DNA of 64,000 nt. It comes from Candidatus Micrarchaeia archaeon. GTDB lineage: Archaea > Micrarchaeota > Micrarchaeia > Micrarchaeales > Micrarchaeaceae. The translations under genes were made by a program, and so were the position numbers. The notes below the pieces were generated by a model. The model did no database searches. It was not told the DNA's origin and saw only the letters and a program-made list of their open reading frames with translations. The stretch is taken from contig JBMFTZ010000001.1 of NCBI GenBank assembly GCA_049966775.1, positions 21,167 through 85,166 of the forward strand. Direction: 5' to 3'. Position 1 is the stretch's first letter. Every line of letters begins with the position of its first letter. This document shows, one piece after another, positions 24,774 to 34,722 of this stretch.

Positions 24774-27482
24774 ATGCGTTATTCAGAAGCTAAGAAGCTC
24801 TTCGACCTGAGCAACAGGTATGTTTTCATAGCGGCAGTGGTAATCATACTTGCCATTGGCGTATTCGAAAGAACCGGCATGATGAGATTCCAGGGCTTGT
24901 ATGAGCCGGACGGCTTTTATTACTACAGCATAATAACGCAGACCATCGCAAACCATTATATAAGGCCCCAATACTCGGCGCTTTCGGGTTTCCCCACACA
25001 CAACATCGTCGCAGAATCACCAGGGCTTGAGTATATTACAGTGATACCGTACATGCTACTTCATTATTTTGGGATCACTGCGCTTCAGATAATGCGCATC
25101 ATGCCCATTGTGTTTGCGCTGCTTGAGATTATCACGGCATATTACCTTACAAGGTTCATCGTTGACAGCAGGCTGGCTGGGCTTCTCGCCATGTTCTTCA
25201 TCGCGGTGTCTAGCGGGAACATAGCAAGAACCGCCGCGCTTGTATACAGGGGGGACAGCTTCATAAGCCTCTTCTTAATGCTCGCACTTCTCTTCATGCT
25301 TATGGCGCTGCGCGATGCAGACATGCTGTATAGGGAGAAGAACGCGCTGAGGCGCCGCATGCTTAGGGAGCACGTAGGCAGCGAGCTCGTGCGCATGCAC
25401 CAGCGCGACGAGAGGGAGCTCGGGCGCAGGCACAGGGCGGAGCTTGCCGTTATAAGCGGTCATGAAAGCACCGAGGTGGAGAAGCTGAGGTCGCTGCACG
25501 AGGAAGAGGAGAGAAAGCAGCTAGAGATGCATCTTGAAGAGGAAGAAGCGCTTTACGGGCGCACCGCAGATATGCACGCGCGTGAAGCCAGGGAGCGCGC
25601 GCCAAGCATATGGAAGCCTATTTCATACCTGCTCATATCGGCGTTCATGCTGAGCATGGGCGTGGTGATATGGACAGGATCGCCGTACATTGTCGTGGTT
25701 TACATGTTCGCCATATTATTCATGCTCGTCTATGCGTTTCTTGCAGGCGACGAGCACCTGCTGCTTTCTGATGTGCTTCTCAGCGTTGGCCTGCTTGTGG
25801 CGTATCTGCTTGAAAGGCTTTTCATGCTCATGCACTTTGCTCCGGCAGGCATTACGCTCACGGGCAGCAAGTTCTTCGTTTTCTACGCGCCGCTTCTTGT
25901 GGGCACGATTGCTGCATGGTATCTTGTAAGCAGGAACTTCAGGATCGCAAGGGATCCAATAAGCAGGCTGTCGCTGCTCGGCATAATAGCGGTGATAGTG
26001 CTCGCACTCTCCTTTACGGTATTGCTCCCGTTCGTAAACGCGATGACAAGTACCGTCGGCATACACCTCATACCGCTCCCTTCAAGCATAACAAACACGA
26101 TCACATACGCGGTGGGCCAGACAACGCAGGAGCTCCAGAGGCCCACATGGGCCTTCCTGTTCGGCAGCTTCCATGTGCAGCTGGTGCTTGCCCCGCTCGG
26201 CATAATACTCTTCCTGCTTGTTGGCGGCAGGGTGGGCGCCACAAGAAAGCATAAAGCGGGCGTATACTTCAACTTCAACGAAGGCATGCTTGTGATGCTC
26301 GCATACTTCACTGTCACAGCGTTCCTGCAGTATGCAGCGATAAGGTACAACGCGCTTTTCTCTATACCTATCGCGATATTCGCCGCGTACGGCACGTACG
26401 CGCTCTGGGCGCTGCTCAGGGGGAGATTCCTGACCCAGAAGGTGGTGATAGCGTTCGTGACTGTGGTTTTCGATATAGCAATAGCCTACGAGCTGGCGGC
26501 GAAGGTGTACCCGCTATTTGCCACGGGGCTCGCAATGCTTGTGGTTAGTGCGGTGATGGTAAACCTGCTGCTCGTATATGTATTCGCATACAGTATCTAT
26601 GCAACGGTGAAAAGCAGGCTCAGCCTGCAGAGCGTGTTCATCGGGCTTATGGCAGCGCTGCTCGTGATGAACTTCTATTCGACGTATGTGCAGAGCATCT
26701 CTTCAAGCCAGGCTGACGGCATCAACGCGCAGTTCCTGCAGGCCATGGCTTGGATGCGCAGCAACACGCCAAGCAACGCAACGGTGCTCACCATGTGGCC
26801 CGACGGCTCTGTTGTCGAGGCGTGGGCGCATAGGCAGAGTTATACAGATAGCGTTGGCGGCGAGAACGCTTCCAGGATCTACCCGTTCGCCAGCTTTCTC
26901 TTCAACATGACTCCCGCGAGCCTCTCTTATATAGGCAGGGTGCATCCCGATTACATCGTGGCAAGGAGCTTCTGGTTCGACGAGCTGGGCGGCGTCGCCG
27001 TTGAGGGCCTCGTGCAGAACGCGAGCGCGTACGGCTATGACATACTAACGTCGCTCAAGACGAACAGGAATGCTACAGCAAGCTTCTATCTCTTCAACTC
27101 TTCGCTCTACAGGGCAGAGATGATAATACAAAACGTGAACGGCACAACCAAGCTTTATGCATACATAGGGCCGTCTTCATCTACGCTGCTTGCGCCAATA
27201 GCAAGGGTGCTCTTCTACAACGTTTCGAGCTATACCTACTCTATAGTGAACACGAGCACGAGGCCCGCGGCAAACGAAACGCTCATGGTATCATACTCCC
27301 AGAGAGGCATAACAGGCGCCACAATATTAGGGCAGAAGCTCTTTGGAAGCAACATCTTCAAGCTCGTCTATCTATGCGATTATGAAGGCTGCCCGTACAA
27401 CGGCTCCATAAGGATGCGCGACGTCTACATGAACAACGACACGCGCATCATTGCTGTGTATTACAACGTTTCCACAACATGA
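24774..27482 (+). CDS. STT3/AglB-like GT-C oligosaccharyltransferase candidate with a charged coiled-coil insertion
   Basis: Track ORF starts at 24753 (TTG); ATG at 24774 is more likely. Many TM helices. First-loop YEPDGFYYY. WWDYG-like MWPDG at 26793-26807. Large C-terminal sequon-rich soluble domain. Glu/Arg-rich insert at about 25320-25605. Confidence 0.55.
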   Translation: MRYSEAKKLFDLSNRYVFIAAVVIILAIGVFERTGMMRFQGLYEPDGFYYYSIITQTIANHYIRPQYSALSGFPTHNIVAESPGLEYITVIPYMLLHYFGITALQIMRIMPIVFALLEIITAYYLTRFIVDSRLAGLLAMFFIAVSSGNIARTAALVYRGDSFISLFLMLALLFMLMALRDADMLYREKNALRRRMLREHVGSELVRMHQRDERELGRRHRAELAVISGHESTEVEKLRSLHEEEERKQLEMHLEEEEALYGRTADMHAREARERAPSIWKPISYLLISAFMLSMGVVIWTGSPYIVVVYMFAILFMLVYAFLAGDEHLLLSDVLLSVGLLVAYLLERLFMLMHFAPAGITLTGSKFFVFYAPLLVGTIAAWYLVSRNFRIARDPISRLSLLGIIAVIVLALSFTVLLPFVNAMTSTVGIHLIPLPSSITNTITYAVGQTTQELQRPTWAFLFGSFHVQLVLAPLGIILFLLVGGRVGATRKHKAGVYFNFNEGMLVMLAYFTVTAFLQYAAIRYNALFSIPIAIFAAYGTYALWALLRGRFLTQKVVIAFVTVVFDIAIAYELAAKVYPLFATGLAMLVVSAVMVNLLLVYVFAYSIYATVKSRLSLQSVFIGLMAALLVMNFYSTYVQSISSSQADGINAQFLQAMAWMRSNTPSNATVLTMWPDGSVVEAWAHRQSYTDSVGGENASRIYPFASFLFNMTPASLSYIGRVHPDYIVARSFWFDELGGVAVEGLVQNASAYGYDILTSLKTNRNATASFYLFNSSLYRAEMIIQNVNGTTKLYAYIGPSSSTLLAPIARVLFYNVSSYTYSIVNTSTRPAANETLMVSYSQRGITGATILGQKLFGSNIFKLVYLCDYEGCPYNGSIRMRDVYMNNDTRIIAVYYNVSTT

Positions 27483-27527
27483 CACCAAGGCAGCGCGCTT
27501 TAATAAATATCGCAGTGATATTAGATT

Positions 27528-29084
27528 ATGCTCGGGTATGTGCTGCCGTTGCTCATAGACACTTCGTTCTCGTGGGTGCGGATGTTCATCGCACTCGGCC
27601 TATCGATGGCACTCGGCATCGGCATAGGCATATACGCGGCGATAAACCAGAAGGCTGAGAAGGTTGTCATACCTGTTGTTGACATACTGCAGACCCTGCC
27701 CATACTCGCGTTCTTCCCGTTCGTGATCTTCGTGATAGTGGCAACGCTGCCCGGCTTCATAGGCATAAACGCGGCCGTAATATTCCTGATAATAACAAGC
27801 ATGCTCTGGAATATAATATTCGGCGTGTACGAGGCGGTGAAGAGCCTGCCCAAAGAGTTCATGGAGCTCGCCGAGCTTTACGGCATGAGCGCATCCGACA
27901 AGCTCAGGAAGATATTCATACCTGCGAGCATGCCAAAGGTTATGGAGCAGTCGACGCTCTCGTGGGCCATAGGGCTTTTCTACCTTGTTACAAGCGAGAT
28001 ATTCTCAACATCGAACGCAAATTATGCGGTAAAGCATGGCATTGGCGTCGCGCTGACAGCGCTCGCAATAGGAAGCAACTTCGCGGAATACGCGGTGGGC
28101 ATACTCATCTTCATAGCGTTCGTAATAGCGACAAGGCTTCTCTTCTTCGCGCCATTGGAGAGGTACGTTAACAGGTATAACGAGGGCAGCCCAAAGCTCG
28201 GCGCGGTAGGAAGGGCTAGGATGCTTGTATCGAGGCTGGGCCATGCGCACATGCTTGCTCTACACAGGCACAGGATGCACAAGGTCGCGCTCGCCCATGC
28301 AGTCACAGCGGCGCAGTTGCAGCGCACGCCCATCGTGAAAAAGCGCTTAGGCGCGGAGCGCATCACATACGCGCTACTTGCAATATCAGCTATAGCGGCG
28401 CTCATCTTGAGCAAGCAGCTCATGCGCGACGAGCTCTTCGTGCTTGCTTCGCTCGCCGCTTCTTTCGTGCGCGTGTGGCTCGCGTTCGTAGCGATAGTGG
28501 TAGTGGCAGTGCCCATAAGTGTATACCTGATCTTCATGACAAAGAAGCCTGGAGCCTATGTGCTCCTCTTCCAGGTTATTGCTTCAATACCGGCTACGAT
28601 ACTGCTGCCACTGGTTGTGCTGAGCCTAAGGAACGCTCCGATGCACAGCGAGCTTGTCGCCTTCGTGATATTCTTCCTTAGCGGCATCTGGTATGTGGTG
28701 TTCAGCATACTCTCGCACAGGGCTTATATACAGCAGAGCGTTTTCGAGGTGAAGAAGATTTTCGGCGTTAAAGGCGTGCAGGCATGGAAGAAGATATACA
28801 TATACGCAATACTTCCCGGTTTACTCACCGGCGCCGTAACCGGCATAGCAGCGGAATGGAACGCGAGCATAGTGGCAGAGTACTTTACCACCACGGCCAT
28901 AGGCAGCGGCGCCGTAGTAACTTCAGTATCGATCGGCATAGGCAAGCTTCTGGATACCGCGCTTGATTCGGGCAACATGCCGCTCATGGTGCTCGGGCTG
29001 GTAAACCTGACTGTGATGATTATTGTAATAAATAGGTTTGCATGGAAAAGATTTTATGACAGGATAGGCGCAGTGTACAGATAG
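27528..29084 (+). CDS. ABC transporter permease, fused double permease (NitT/TauT-like)
   Basis: 518 aa. Two permease halves, the first with an EAA-type loop (LPKEFMELAELYGMSASDKLRKIFIPASMP; the second half reads VFEVKKIFGVKGVQAWKKIYIYAILPGL). Confidence 0.8.
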   Translation: MLGYVLPLLIDTSFSWVRMFIALGLSMALGIGIGIYAAINQKAEKVVIPVVDILQTLPILAFFPFVIFVIVATLPGFIGINAAVIFLIITSMLWNIIFGVYEAVKSLPKEFMELAELYGMSASDKLRKIFIPASMPKVMEQSTLSWAIGLFYLVTSEIFSTSNANYAVKHGIGVALTALAIGSNFAEYAVGILIFIAFVIATRLLFFAPLERYVNRYNEGSPKLGAVGRARMLVSRLGHAHMLALHRHRMHKVALAHAVTAAQLQRTPIVKKRLGAERITYALLAISAIAALILSKQLMRDELFVLASLAASFVRVWLAFVAIVVVAVPISVYLIFMTKKPGAYVLLFQVIASIPATILLPLVVLSLRNAPMHSELVAFVIFFLSGIWYVVFSILSHRAYIQQSVFEVKKIFGVKGVQAWKKIYIYAILPGLLTGAVTGIAAEWNASIVAEYFTTTAIGSGAVVTSVSIGIGKLLDTALDSGNMPLMVLGLVNLTVMIIVINRFAWKRFYDRIGAVYR

Positions 29085-29098
29085 CGCCGCGTGTTACG

Positions 29099-29839
29099 AT
29101 GCACATGCTCGATGTTGAAAACGTCTCTTATTCAATAGGGCAGGCAAACATAATAGACGGCATAGGCTTCAGCGCTGACAAGGACGATTTCGTTTCGGTA
29201 ATAGGCCCTTCTGGTTGCGGAAAGAGCACCCTGCTCAGGATTATGGCGGGGCTTATCAAGCCCAGTAGGGGCAGGATACTCTACAACGGCGCAGAGGTGC
29301 TGGGCCCCAACCCGGAGATATCGTTTGTATTCCAGGATTTCGGCCTACTACCATGGCTCACTAACATAGAGAACGTCAAGATAGGGCTGTCGCTGCTGGA
29401 TCTAAGCGAAGAAGAAAAAAGGAAGCGCGCCGCCGCCATATTTGGCACCATGGGCTTGGAGGGCTTCGAGAACGCGTATCCGAACATGCTCAGCGGGGGT
29501 ATGAAGCAACGCGTTGGCATTGCGCGTGCGCTTATCTCAAACCCCAAGGTGCTGCTGATGGACGAGCCGTTCAGCTCGCTCGATGAGCTAACCGCAGAAA
29601 CATTAAGAACAGACATAGTTGGCATGCTAAAAAGCACAGATGTGCCAGTAAGCTGTGTGCTAATGGTAACACACAACGTCGAAGAGGCTGTGGAGCTCTC
29701 GAGCAAGATCGTGATACTGTCGCAGAGGCCATCGATTGTGAAGGAGGTAAAAGAAGTCAATATGGGCTATCCGAGGAACAGGCACAGCCAAGAGTTCATG
29801 GACATGGTCGATTACGTCTATAGCGTGCTTACTAGATGA
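29099..29839 (+). CDS. ABC transporter ATP-binding protein (nitrate/sulfonate/taurine type)
   Basis: Walker A GPSGCGKST, signature LSGGMKQRVGIARAL, Walker B LLMDEPFSSLD. Confidence 0.9.
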   Translation: MHMLDVENVSYSIGQANIIDGIGFSADKDDFVSVIGPSGCGKSTLLRIMAGLIKPSRGRILYNGAEVLGPNPEISFVFQDFGLLPWLTNIENVKIGLSLLDLSEEEKRKRAAAIFGTMGLEGFENAYPNMLSGGMKQRVGIARALISNPKVLLMDEPFSSLDELTAETLRTDIVGMLKSTDVPVSCVLMVTHNVEEAVELSSKIVILSQRPSIVKEVKEVNMGYPRNRHSQEFMDMVDYVYSVLTR

Positions 29840-29899
29840 TTCACAGCTCCAAACGCTTTTGCAGCAAACTGCGCGAGTTATGAAAGCGCATATGCTATC

Positions 29900-30397
29900 T
29901 CACTGTTTTGCCGGCAGGGACCACACGTCATTGCTCCTGCTGTATGAAACTAGCTTGAGGCGCAAGCCCCACTTGAGCAGCAGGCCCCTTAACAGCTCAA
30001 TGTTTGTAATGTCATCTGCATAGAGCGTTATGTTCCTGCTTTTCAGTGCCGCGGCAAGCTCTGACGAATTGCGCGGACCTTGCGAAAGCACCGCAAAAAC
30101 GGTCTTGAAAGGGTCTAGACCGGAAAGCGCCTTGCCCAATACCTGAGTGACGTTGCGCGGGTTGAGGCTTGCCCCGAGCGCAGTGAGCTCCACGATGCCG
30201 TTTTCCACCGTGCAAAGCTGGAGCATCTCCGCGGCATCGAGCAACGGCAGCAGCTTGTCCACCTCCTCTTTGGCTTCCTTGGCAAGCTTTGATAGACTGA
30301 GGGAGTTGCCATTCTCCTTTACGAGCTCTACGATGCCGCGAACCTCGCTTATCCCTACATTAACAGGAAATTGCCCCATCTTCTCCACATATTCCAT
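29900..30397 (-). CDS. AAA-associated (NitT/TauT ATPase C-terminal-like) winged-helix domain protein
   Basis: 165 aa. NVGISEVRGIVELVKENGNSLSLSKLAKEAKEEVDKLLPLLDAAEMLQLCTVENGIVELTALG matches, from memory, the stand-alone/fused AAA_assoc_C domain of this ABC family. Confidence 0.5.
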   Translation of the reverse strand: MEYVEKMGQFPVNVGISEVRGIVELVKENGNSLSLSKLAKEAKEEVDKLLPLLDAAEMLQLCTVENGIVELTALGASLNPRNVTQVLGKALSGLDPFKTVFAVLSQGPRNSSELAAALKSRNITLYADDITNIELLRGLLLKWGLRLKLVSYSRSNDVWSLPAKQ

Positions 30398-30821
30398 GAC
30401 CCTGGCATTATGCCTGCAAACCGCGCAGGCTTCCAGCGCCTATTCCGCAATGTATGATTACCTGTTCAGCAACTACTGCCCCATCTGCATGGGGCCTTAC
30501 ACTCTTTTCCTGGGCGCGGCTTTTCTATTGCATGAAGCAGCGCTCTCATTCACGCACCAACCATCATTCTATTTATGGGATTTTCCCCGTCATACACAAC
30601 CGGCACTTTCAGCCTTGTTGCGGGGCATACCTTAATACATCTATATCCCACTTTTGTATTTTTATGCGTTGCGGTGGACCCGTATGCCAGGATGTTGACT
30701 TTTATATTATGGCAATCTACACCCTTTAAATGTTCCCAATTATTTCACCCGTGCATGCTGCACCAGATGGCACCCCTGTGATGCTTACCACTTGCGCGCT
30801 TTGCGCCAAGCGCCAACGCCA

Positions 30822-31571
30822 TCAGAGCTGTTCCATGCTTGTATAATCTTCTGCTATTTTCTTGTTACCAAAGTCGCTTGCGGCCTTGTAAATCTCGCCT
30901 TTTTCCAGGCCTTTCATGCATATTAGTAGCTGGTTGCCGAGATTGTATACACTTACTACGCCAACATTGAAATAACCTTTGAGCCTGCCCAAATAGCCTT
31001 CGGAATAGGCCGTGCCTGGGCCGCGTATGTGGTTTACTGCCAGGATGCCCTTTTGCCTAAGCGCCTTGTAAGCGCTTTGCACAAACTGCTCGCTCAGGAA
31101 CGCGCTAGGCATCATCGCGTTTACATATGCGTCAAGTATGATAAGATCGTAGGCGTTGCTCGCTCTCTGCACAAACTCTGCGCCGTCGCCTATGATTATA
31201 CGCGCCTTCAGGCTGCGCGGGAGTAACACCTTTGATATGCTTACTATGTTTGGATCTATCTCTACAACGTCTATGCTTATGTCATGGTAGAGCGTCTCAA
31301 GCTGGTATGGCACGGTGCCGCCGCCGAGGCCGATAACAAGCACATTTGCGCTGCTGAAAACACGCGGCAGCGGCATGAAATAGTCCCAGTAGCCTAGCGT
31401 GAACAGCGTGCCATCCCTTATTCTGGAAAAGGTAATTCCGTTATACAGCAGCTTGCGTTCCCCGTTGCGCTCGCGCACCTCTATATATGCTGAAGGCTCG
31501 CGTATCGAGGCTATTAGCCTGCCCTTTAGGAGCGCGTCTATACCCTCGATGAGTTTCATATGCACTACCAC
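30822..31571 (-). CDS. spermidine-synthase-family / SAM-dependent transferase
   Basis: 249 aa. VLVIGLGGGTVPYQL, DVVEIDPNIV, IIIGDGAEFV, YDLIILDAY. Confidence 0.7.
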   Translation of the reverse strand: MVVHMKLIEGIDALLKGRLIASIREPSAYIEVRERNGERKLLYNGITFSRIRDGTLFTLGYWDYFMPLPRVFSSANVLVIGLGGGTVPYQLETLYHDISIDVVEIDPNIVSISKVLLPRSLKARIIIGDGAEFVQRASNAYDLIILDAYVNAMMPSAFLSEQFVQSAYKALRQKGILAVNHIRGPGTAYSEGYLGRLKGYFNVGVVSVYNLGNQLLICMKGLEKGEIYKAASDFGNKKIAEDYTSMEQL

Positions 31572-32074
31572 GGCACATCCTTGAGCCTGAGCCTGTGGGC
31601 GCCCACGTTTGTAACGAGGTGAAGCAGCCCGGTGAGCACTATTATGAACACGTACCCGTATATGTCCGGCAGGTGGCCCAGCGGCATGGAAAAAAGCACG
31701 GCAAAGACGAAGAAGCTGTACTGGTCCATTACGGGAAGGCTTGCCCCCTCGCGCATGCCCAGCCTGCGCTTGACAAAGCTGCCCAGAAGGTCTCCGAATA
31801 TGGCTCCTGCAGACATGAGCACCGCTATGGCAAGCATGTAATTGCGGAACGGGTATTCCGCTAAACCAACCACGATGCCGCCCGCAAGCATCGCAATTGT
31901 GCCCCTTACTGTCTTGTGATCCCCGAATATGCGCTTGCCGAGGAAGCTCTTGCCCATGTCAAGAGGCGCTCCGCCGCCGAAAAGCACAGGGGCGCCGTTT
32001 GCGATGTAGGCTGGTAGTATGTAGAGCAGCGGGTATGCGAATACCGTGTATAGAAACGCATATGGCACATGCAC
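31565..32074 (-). CDS. carS: CDP-archaeol synthase (CarS, DUF46)
   Basis: LYILPAYIANGAPVLFGGGAPLDMGKSFLGKRIFGDHKTVRGT. The track ORF extends to 32251 with an Arg-rich overlap into alaS. GTG at 32074 (or 32068) directly after the alaS stop is more plausible. Confidence 0.8.
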   Translation of the reverse strand: MHVPYAFLYTVFAYPLLYILPAYIANGAPVLFGGGAPLDMGKSFLGKRIFGDHKTVRGTIAMLAGGIVVGLAEYPFRNYMLAIAVLMSAGAIFGDLLGSFVKRRLGMREGASLPVMDQYSFFVFAVLFSMPLGHLPDIYGYVFIIVLTGLLHLVTNVGAHRLRLKDVPW

Positions 32075-32076
32075 AC

Positions 32077-34722
32077 CTATACCAGCTTGCCTTCGGCTAT
32101 GCGCGCCGCGCCGCCGCCCCTGAATGACTTTCCTGCGCTTGCTGCAAATCTTTTGAGCTCTTCCACGGCGCTCTTGCCGCAGCCCGATACCGCCACCACT
32201 TCGCCCTGCTTGTTGTACAGCACGGCAACGCCGCCTGCAAGATCCGCGCACTTAGTCGCTATCTTCCTAAGCGTGAGCCTGTCGTATTCGAGCTCCTTTA
32301 CCACGCTCTTGCCGTTCGCTGCAAGCTCACCGGCGACATAATCAGAAAGCTTATCTGCCAGCTCTTCGTAGCGGGCCCTATAGCGTTCCAGCTCACTGAG
32401 CTTTGCCTCTATGCCAGCGCTCAGCTTGTCCCTGTCTATGCCCGCAAGCTTTGCAAGGCTATCTATGCCGTGCATCACGCCGGCTATGTAATCGAGCACT
32501 GCGGGTCCTGCCACATACTCCAATCTGTCTATCCCGTCGTGTATGCGGTACGAGCCTATGATCTTTATTATGCCAAGGCTTGATTCCAGCCCCTCAAGAT
32601 GCAACCCGCCGCATGCCTCTGCGTCTATAAGCTTGCCGTCCAGGTCGTATATCTGCACTATCCTGAGCCGCTTTGACGGCACCCCGTGGCCCTGGTAGAT
32701 GGAAAAGCCGAATGCGGCTTCTGCCTCGCTCCTCTCCATCTCCTCGACTTTGACGCGTATGCCGTGCATTATGTAGGAATTGGCTTTCTCTTCTATTTCC
32801 TGGACCTGCTCGCTAGAAAGCCTTTCATAGTGCGCTATGTCGATATGCGCCTTGTCGGAGCTTTTTCGCGCGCCCTCCTGCCAAGCGTGGCTGCCAAGAA
32901 CGCTGCGCACGGCAGCGCTAACGATGTGCGTTGCGGTGTGGTGCGCCATCAGCCTGAGCCTGCGCTCCCTGTCTACGCTGCAGTGCACTGTGGCGCCGCG
33001 CTTGAATTCCGGCTTCCTTGAAAGCACGTGCGCTATCACGCCGTTCGCCTGCTGCACATCCACAACTGCGTAGTCGCCGATGCTGCCGCGATCGGCCTCC
33101 TGACCGCCGCCCTCCGGGTAGAAAGGAGTAGCGTCAAGTATCACGATGACACCTTGCACCGAAAGCACCTTTGCATCACATTCCGAATAGCCCTTGTAGT
33201 AAAGCTTCTCAGTGGGCTTAATGCCTTCAATGCTAAACTCGAGCCTCTGCTCCTTCTGCCTTGCCGCGAAGTCGCCCTTGATGATGCGCTCGTACGCGTT
33301 GTCAGGCATGCTGATGCTCACGTGCCTCTGCTCCGCTGCCCGCTCTATCATGTCGGGGGTTATCCCGTTGCTTTCGTACAGAACGGAAAGCCTCTCCGCG
33401 GTGATGGGCTCCTTCTTTTCAAGCATCGATGCGATGAGCTTTGAGGCGGCGCCCTTCGTTGCGTCGTAGCGCTTTTTCTCGATATCTATGACCTTCTCTA
33501 TGTCGCTCAGGTCCGTGCCTATGCTCGGATATATGGCGCTCAGGTCCTTCACGTGTAGCTCCATCACTTTCATCAGATCGAGGCTTCCGTACACATCGAT
33601 GAAATCAAAAACGCGCCTCAGGAGTATGCGCAGGTTGTAGCCGCCGCCCACGTTGCTGGGAAGCGCGCCATCGGTCACCGCGAAGAGCAGCGACCTCGTG
33701 TGGTCTGCTATGGCGTAGGCAGCCTGCATCGGCCTTATAATTGAATGGTATTCTTCGGCGCTTATGCCGGCCTTGCTTATTATCTTTGCCTCGGCGTCGC
33801 TCCCGCCAGAGCGCTCTGCAAGGTCTATCGTGCCCAGCACGCCCGCTATCTTCGCGTAAAGCCTTTCGTCAGGCTTTATGCCCATCGACTTGTATATGTA
33901 GTGCAGCTCGTTTCCGAGCGCGGCGTCGTAAGCCGTCTGCGCTCCGCTGTAATGCCAAAGCAGGCGCTCGAATCCCCAGCCCACGTCCACCACCTTGCCC
34001 TTGAGCTCTTCAATCCTGTTGTTGCTGTAGCTGAACTGCGTGAACACGCTGTTGACGAGCTCCAGCCCGTGCGCGAAGCTTTCCAGGCAAGGCCCGAATT
34101 CCGAAAAATCGCCCATGGCCCATACGTCTTCTATGTATGTTATGTCCTTCTTGTCTATGCCGAGGAGCGACGTAAGCACCTTAAAGTTGAGCTCTATGGT
34201 GCGATCACGCCAATAGCCCTCCTTGGGATAGTTGAAGGCGGTCTGGTTCGCCATCATGAACGAAGTGAAATGCCTGCCCGTTACGCCGGTATTTGGTATG
34301 TCGTTGAAGCGCAGGCACATCTGCGGAACGAGCAGCGGGTTGGCCGGATATTCGAAACTCATCACCCCGTTCTCGATTCGCTGGAAATCCTGTATGCCAG
34401 CTATGGTAAAATAGAGGTCCTGACGCCACCTGCTTACGACAGGATAGCTTTCTATTATGGCGTGCCCGGCGTCGCCAAAAAGCTTCGAGAAGCGCTTCCA
34501 GAACTCCGCGTAAGAAACGCTCTTCGGCTTCTCTTTCATGAACGAATACGGTTCGTGCGAAGGGTCGCCGCATAGTTCCCTATCTGGATCTGCAGTCCAG
34601 AAATTCTTGCCGCATATCTTGCACTTCTTTCTCATGAAGCCCTGCTCCTTGAACAGGTTCGTTGAATAGTACTTATCCGGTTCTTTCGAAAACTCCTCCC
34701 TGAGCGAATCCTTGCTAAGCAT
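32077..34722 (-). CDS. alaS: alanyl-tRNA synthetase (archaeal type)
   Basis: MLSKDSLREEF..KCKICGKNFW archaeal N-terminus. Editing-domain HHTATH motif. C-terminal DHHA1-like domain. ATG at 34722 overlaps the TGA of the upstream gene (TGATG). The track ORF starts at 34791. Confidence 0.95.
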   Translation of the reverse strand: MLSKDSLREEFSKEPDKYYSTNLFKEQGFMRKKCKICGKNFWTADPDRELCGDPSHEPYSFMKEKPKSVSYAEFWKRFSKLFGDAGHAIIESYPVVSRWRQDLYFTIAGIQDFQRIENGVMSFEYPANPLLVPQMCLRFNDIPNTGVTGRHFTSFMMANQTAFNYPKEGYWRDRTIELNFKVLTSLLGIDKKDITYIEDVWAMGDFSEFGPCLESFAHGLELVNSVFTQFSYSNNRIEELKGKVVDVGWGFERLLWHYSGAQTAYDAALGNELHYIYKSMGIKPDERLYAKIAGVLGTIDLAERSGGSDAEAKIISKAGISAEEYHSIIRPMQAAYAIADHTRSLLFAVTDGALPSNVGGGYNLRILLRRVFDFIDVYGSLDLMKVMELHVKDLSAIYPSIGTDLSDIEKVIDIEKKRYDATKGAASKLIASMLEKKEPITAERLSVLYESNGITPDMIERAAEQRHVSISMPDNAYERIIKGDFAARQKEQRLEFSIEGIKPTEKLYYKGYSECDAKVLSVQGVIVILDATPFYPEGGGQEADRGSIGDYAVVDVQQANGVIAHVLSRKPEFKRGATVHCSVDRERRLRLMAHHTATHIVSAAVRSVLGSHAWQEGARKSSDKAHIDIAHYERLSSEQVQEIEEKANSYIMHGIRVKVEEMERSEAEAAFGFSIYQGHGVPSKRLRIVQIYDLDGKLIDAEACGGLHLEGLESSLGIIKIIGSYRIHDGIDRLEYVAGPAVLDYIAGVMHGIDSLAKLAGIDRDKLSAGIEAKLSELERYRARYEELADKLSDYVAGELAANGKSVVKELEYDRLTLRKIATKCADLAGGVAVLYNKQGEVVAVSGCGKSAVEELKRFAASAGKSFRGGGAARIAEGKLV

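Noticed and set aside
27521-27862. 113-aa minus-strand ORF
   Set aside because: It is antisense to the N-terminal TM region of the ABC permease. Its apparent hydrophobicity is a mirror effect of the TM-coding sequence.
30454-30781. 91-aa and 68-aa plus-strand ORFs in the 424-nt gap
   Set aside because: They have odd Cys/His/Phe-rich composition, no ribosome-binding or promoter context, and overlap each other in different frames.
32075-32251. Arg-rich N-terminal extension of the CarS ORF
   Set aside because: It overlaps the 3' end of alaS by about 175 nt with implausible composition (RRRCRAVQQAGRSGGG..). A GTG right after the alaS stop gives a normal-length CarS.
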